From positions 1 to 20,542 of the forward strand of contig JAUQYZ020000187.1 of the NCBI GenBank assembly GCA_030587475.2: a stretch of DNA of 20,542 bases, read 5' to 3'. The DNA comes from Candidatus Sigynarchaeum calidifontis (GTDB lineage: Archaea; Asgardarchaeota; Lokiarchaeia; Sigyniarchaeales; Sigyniarchaeaceae). The notes under the pieces are model-generated. The model was not told where the DNA came from. It saw nothing but the letters and a program-made list of their open reading frames with translations, and searched no databases. Positions 16,698 through 20,542 of this stretch are shown here, one piece after another (the first letter of the stretch is position 1; each line of letters opens with the position of its first letter). The position numbers were made by a program, and so were the translations under genes.

Positions 16698-17540
16698 ATG
16701 ACGCACATGGAAACCGCAAAGCGCATCATGATCGCTGGATTCGTGTCGGTCGCTGTGTTCTCGGCCACCATGCTCATCATCGGCATAGTACGATGGTCTA
16801 CAGCCGGTTTTGGAATCCCGGAATTGGCTTCTGACCTGAACTATATTGGCTACATCGTCCTCATCTCCATGGCATATTTAACGGCGGTGCACTTGTGGTC
16901 GAGGGTGCCATCCCTCCCGGAAGGCCTCCCGATCAGGACCTTGTTCAAGATGATGGGGATCACGTTCCTGGTCATCGGGTTCATCTTCATCTACACGATG
17001 ATGGACACGCTGCTCAGGTGGGCAGGTTATCCCGCATTGTCGGACATGATCGACGTCGTCCCGGACATCAAGTTTAACCTGTTTGGCTTGACGAATGTAA
17101 CCATGCCGTTGAGCAGCATCGTGATGTTCTCGATCATCATGGTAGGCGTGGCGATCTTCATATTCCCGCTCGAGCGCTTCGTGAAAAACCGCCGGCCGTG
17201 GTTTACGATATCGATGGTGAGTAGCCTTTGCGTGATGCCATTCATGGTCCTCTTCATGGAAAATGACATCGCAATGATGATCGTCACCGTGGGCATCGTG
17301 CTCATCGTGCTCATCAATTTCATCTTCATGTTCTACCTTTACATATCGCTTGCCGTGAAGAGCGCGGGCAAGATGCGCATCGCCTCGGCGCTGGTTGCCA
17401 TTGGCTTGTTTTCGATGATATTCGTGTGGGTCGTTGGGCTCGGGTTGTTCGAAAAGGTTCTGCAATCCATCTTGCAATTCCTTATCGGCTTGACGAGTAT
17501 TATCCTGTTCAATGGAGGTTTCCGGATCATGCGGCCGTGA
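16698..17540 (+). CDS. Hypothetical polytopic membrane protein (about 8 TM, 280 aa)
   Basis: Repeated hydrophobic helices of about 20 aa separated by short basic loops. Alternative start at ATG 16707. Confidence 0.8.
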   Translation: MTHMETAKRIMIAGFVSVAVFSATMLIIGIVRWSTAGFGIPELASDLNYIGYIVLISMAYLTAVHLWSRVPSLPEGLPIRTLFKMMGITFLVIGFIFIYTMMDTLLRWAGYPALSDMIDVVPDIKFNLFGLTNVTMPLSSIVMFSIIMVGVAIFIFPLERFVKNRRPWFTISMVSSLCVMPFMVLFMENDIAMMIVTVGIVLIVLINFIFMFYLYISLAVKSAGKMRIASALVAIGLFSMIFVWVVGLGLFEKVLQSILQFLIGLTSIILFNGGFRIMRP

Positions 17541-17548
17541 TCCCGCCC

Positions 17549-17573
17549 TTATCGCTTTCTTTTTAATTCTTTG
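17549..17573 (+). terminator. Putative T-rich terminator
   Basis: TTATCGCTTTCTTTTTAATTCTTT directly follows the stop at 17540. Confidence 0.4.
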
Positions 17574-17620
17574 CGGCATCTCCCGAAGCGTTCAAATGGC
17601 CGTGGGCGTTCCCACCATAC

Positions 17621-18649
17621 ATGGCGACACGACGCGTCCCGCACGTGACGTGCATCTTGCTCAACCCCACCATCGACCACGTGCACGAAGTCGAACATTT
17701 CAAGGTTGGTGGCACGTATAAAGCGCGTGAAACCCGCGTGTTCCCCGTTGGCAAGGCGATCTCGGTAGCGCTCGGCTTGCGCACGCTGGGCGACGAGCCT
17801 TCGGTCATCTCGTTGATCGGCAAGGATGAAATGCGCATCTACCGTGCATCGCTCGATTCGATGGACATTTCCGCCATCCTCGTCCCCGTGGAGGGCCGCA
17901 CCCGCCGCAACGTGACTATCATCGACACCGCCGAGCACACGGTCACGCACGTGCGGGAATCCGGGTTCACCGCTGGCGAGGAACATCTCGATGCCATCGA
18001 ATCGGCGATCGATAGCTTGCCGCGCGTCGACCAGCGCTGGATCGTCCTTTCGGGCAGCATCCCGCAAGGCTTGCCAGACAACACTATAGCCCGATTGATA
18101 GCGCGATGTGAAAGGCACGGGTTCAAGGTATTCCTCGATTCATCAGGTCCGCCTCTCAAGGAGGCAATGTCCCGGTGCAAGCCATGGGTGCTCAAGATCA
18201 ACGAGGCCGAGCTTGGCTATCTCGTGGGTACGCGGGACAACGACGTGGAGCGTGGGACGGGCGAGACTGAGGTCCGGCCACTCAAGACCGCCCATGATGA
18301 CTGCAATAGCCGTATCGGTCATAAAGCGAGGGAGTTGCTCGGTGGTGGGCTGGAGGTCGCCACCATCACGATGGGCGCGGCGGGCGCGATTCTCGCGCGC
18401 GAGGATGGCACGTGGTACGGCGTGCTTGATGGCTCATCTGAATTGAAGGTGGTCGATTCGGTCGGCGCGGGCGACGCGTTCCTCGCGGGCATGATCCACG
18501 CGATGGCGGGCGGCCTCGATGTCCCCGGCATTCTCGTAGAAGCCATCTCTTGCGCGACGGCCAAGATTCTAGTGCAAGGGGCGGGCACGTTTGCTTTTGC
18601 CGATCAACAACGGTTCCGGCCGCGGGTGCACGTGCGTTGCCTCGAATGA
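17621..18649 (+). CDS. PfkB-family carbohydrate kinase, 1-phosphofructokinase/tagatose-6-phosphate kinase type (342 aa)
   Basis: LNPTID, GKAISVA, TRRNVTI, LSGSIPQG, DSSG, KINEAE and the PfkB signature DSVGAGDAFLAG. Confidence 0.92.
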   Translation: MATRRVPHVTCILLNPTIDHVHEVEHFKVGGTYKARETRVFPVGKAISVALGLRTLGDEPSVISLIGKDEMRIYRASLDSMDISAILVPVEGRTRRNVTIIDTAEHTVTHVRESGFTAGEEHLDAIESAIDSLPRVDQRWIVLSGSIPQGLPDNTIARLIARCERHGFKVFLDSSGPPLKEAMSRCKPWVLKINEAELGYLVGTRDNDVERGTGETEVRPLKTAHDDCNSRIGHKARELLGGGLEVATITMGAAGAILAREDGTWYGVLDGSSELKVVDSVGAGDAFLAGMIHAMAGGLDVPGILVEAISCATAKILVQGAGTFAFADQQRFRPRVHVRCLE

Positions 18650-18724
18650 CCCGTCCGACTGATCTCGACCTTAAAGGTTTATGGCGCGAACGCGTTCCTC
18701 TGATCGATCGTGCCGGTGATGTTC

Positions 18725-19390
18725 ATGAAACTTCGACCCTCCAAGGCTGCAAAGGCCGCCAAGGTTCCTAAGCGCGCCTTTCTGCCTGTCTGGCCGAAGC
18801 ACAAGGGCAACATCATCTGCCTCGCGCTCACGGCAGGCATCTGCATCGTGATTATCGTTGCATTCCAGGGAATCACTAATGACCCCACCATCGGCATCGT
18901 TCTCGCGGTGTTGATCGTGATCACCGCCGTGCTGCTCAAGCTTGCGACACCCTACTTGAGGGTACGTGCCGAAGACAAGAAGATAGCCAAGATCAAGACG
19001 ATGCAGGGAAAATCGCGGGTACCGAGCACGCCAGCTGCTAGCAGCCAAGCCATAGAGTCCGTGTTCCATCCAATCGACGCGAGTCAATTGAAACCCACCG
19101 ATGGCTTCGTTCTTATGCACATGTCTCCACCGGAAGTCATAGATCTGGACCTGTCTCGACGTCGCGAGAAGCGCACGAAGGTGGAACTCGATGGCCACAC
19201 GCTGGAAGATCAGAAAAATGAAGCACTCGCGAAGGCGGTCGAGTTTGATGACAACGGTGCCGTCGAAAAAGCCATCGCGGAGTACAAGAAAGCATCAGTT
19301 CTGGCACGCCAGCTAGGACGTGATGACGAGGCCACTTCTTTCGAGAACCGGATCAAGCAATTAAAGCAGGAAAAAGAAGGTAGTCCGTGA
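18725..19390 (+). CDS. Hypothetical 2-TM protein with a C-terminal MIT/TPR-like helical domain (221 aa)
   Basis: Two hydrophobic helices near the N-terminus; C-terminal ALAKAVEFDDNGAVEKAIAEYKKAS...FENRIKQLK. GGTGA RBS precedes ATG 18725. Confidence 0.75.
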   Translation: MKLRPSKAAKAAKVPKRAFLPVWPKHKGNIICLALTAGICIVIIVAFQGITNDPTIGIVLAVLIVITAVLLKLATPYLRVRAEDKKIAKIKTMQGKSRVPSTPAASSQAIESVFHPIDASQLKPTDGFVLMHMSPPEVIDLDLSRRREKRTKVELDGHTLEDQKNEALAKAVEFDDNGAVEKAIAEYKKASVLARQLGRDDEATSFENRIKQLKQEKEGSP

Positions 19391-19422
19391 AAAGAATCGT
19401 GAACGTGGCTTTTGAGGCCGGT

Positions 19423-20208
19423 TCACTTCTCTTTTTGTTCTTTTGATTCTTTCGGTTCTTTCGATTTCGCGTCCTTGGCGGCATCTTTCCCGGCAGCGGC
19501 GAGGACAGCTTTTCGTGCATCGGCATCCAAGAGCGTGAATTCCTTGTTTTTTGTTGAAATCACGCCGATCTCGATCGTCTCGGGGGTTAGCTCGTCGTCG
19601 ACGAACTTGATCAGCACCTTCACGGAAAATGTCTTGACTTGTTCCAATGATTTGAGTTCTGTGTAATTGTCCTTCAAGTAATCCTGGCACTCGTCGCTCT
19701 TGAAACCGATGGCCTTGGCGATCCATGAAAAATAGGTGCCCGACGGGGAGGTCGTGAAGACTTGCGGGCCCTGGTCGTCGATGCCGACGAACATGAGCGA
19801 CGCGCCGAACGGCCGCACGCCCCCGTGCTGGCTATAAGCCTGCGAAATGTCGCAAATTTTCTTCACCAGGGTCTCGACCGGCACGTCCTCGTCATAATTG
19901 AGCCGATGGATCGCTGCTTGGATGCGGGCTTGATCGGTGAGGATGCGAGCGTCCGCGTGCAAGCCGGAGATAGCCACGCCGACGTGCTTGTCCACGAGGT
20001 AAACTTTGTGGATCTGGCTTGGATCCATGAGTTTCGTCGTGATTTTCTTGTGCACGACGAGTACCGCCCCGTCCTTCGCTTTAAAGGCGATGGCAAGCGT
20101 GCCGCGCTTTACTGCTTCAAGTGCATACTCGACCTGGTAAAGACGACCTTCCGGGCTGAACATCGTAAGCCCACGGTCGTAACCCATTTCACTTCCTCCT
20201 TTCATCAT
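19423..20208 (-). CDS. psmA: Proteasome alpha subunit (261 aa)
   Basis: GYDRGLTMFSPEGRLYQVEYALEAV alpha-subunit signature, SGLHADAR, YSQHGGVRPFG and AKAIG. GGTGA lies 9 nt before ATG 20208; alternative start at 20187. Confidence 0.97.
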   Translation of the reverse strand: MMKGGSEMGYDRGLTMFSPEGRLYQVEYALEAVKRGTLAIAFKAKDGAVLVVHKKITTKLMDPSQIHKVYLVDKHVGVAISGLHADARILTDQARIQAAIHRLNYDEDVPVETLVKKICDISQAYSQHGGVRPFGASLMFVGIDDQGPQVFTTSPSGTYFSWIAKAIGFKSDECQDYLKDNYTELKSLEQVKTFSVKVLIKFVDDELTPETIEIGVISTKNKEFTLLDADARKAVLAAAGKDAAKDAKSKEPKESKEQKEK

Positions 20209-20542
20209 TGTATTTTTTCACCGGCTTTTTGATTGCATTAATTTTAGCCTCGATCAGGCTTCGAGCGATATGGATTTACCGATAGGATCTGATTCGAGGG
20301 CTTTCTCTGTTAAAAACGAGGCCGACCAAACATAAAACCATTACGATTAGCGTTCATGCGAAAAGAATGAAAAGGAGGAGGACCGGTTCTCTCCACATGT
20401 GAGAAATGAGCCTTTAGTCACTCATTAGATTTTTCCCTATTTCTTCGACAAAAGAAAATGTTATCTCTAAGAAATGAAGGAACAACGTGAGCAGGCATGG
20501 TTCCATTGCATGCCAAGGTTTCCTTCGCACGAAGGGATGTCA

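Noticed and set aside
20470-20530. Possible Lokiarchaeia-type SECIS element (ATGA followed by a stem)
   Set aside because: No matching 3' GA quartet at the proper spacing, and no in-frame TGA selenoprotein candidate in the window.

Overview
Archaeal chromosomal window, most likely from an Asgard archaeon (Lokiarchaeia-like). This is inferred from the proteasome alpha subunit, an Arf-type small GTPase beside a longin-like protein, archaeal GGTGA ribosome-binding sites, TATA boxes and oligo-T terminators. The left arm (- strand) carries mscL, htpG/Hsp90, a small wHTH-like protein with an acidic tail, a 161-aa hypothetical protein, and a two-gene unit of an Arf-like GTPase plus a putative longin(uDENN)-winged-helix fusion. 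The middle and right (+ strand) carry a GvpD/KaiC-like ATPase, a long-chain acyl-CoA ligase tightly linked to two very large paralogous polytopic membrane proteins whose C-terminal CPBP (CAAX protease/Abi) domains have altered catalytic motifs, a B12-binding radical SAM protein, a multi-TM protein, a PfkB kinase and a 2-TM protein with a MIT/TPR-like tail. A convergent psmA ends the window. I found no rRNA, tRNA, CRISPR array or mobile element. The best candidates for undescribed systems are (1) the acyl-CoA ligase + twin pseudo-CPBP locus and (2) the GTPase + longin-wHTH pair. An apparently permuted MscL and an Hsp90 with a eukaryote-like charged linker also deserve a look.
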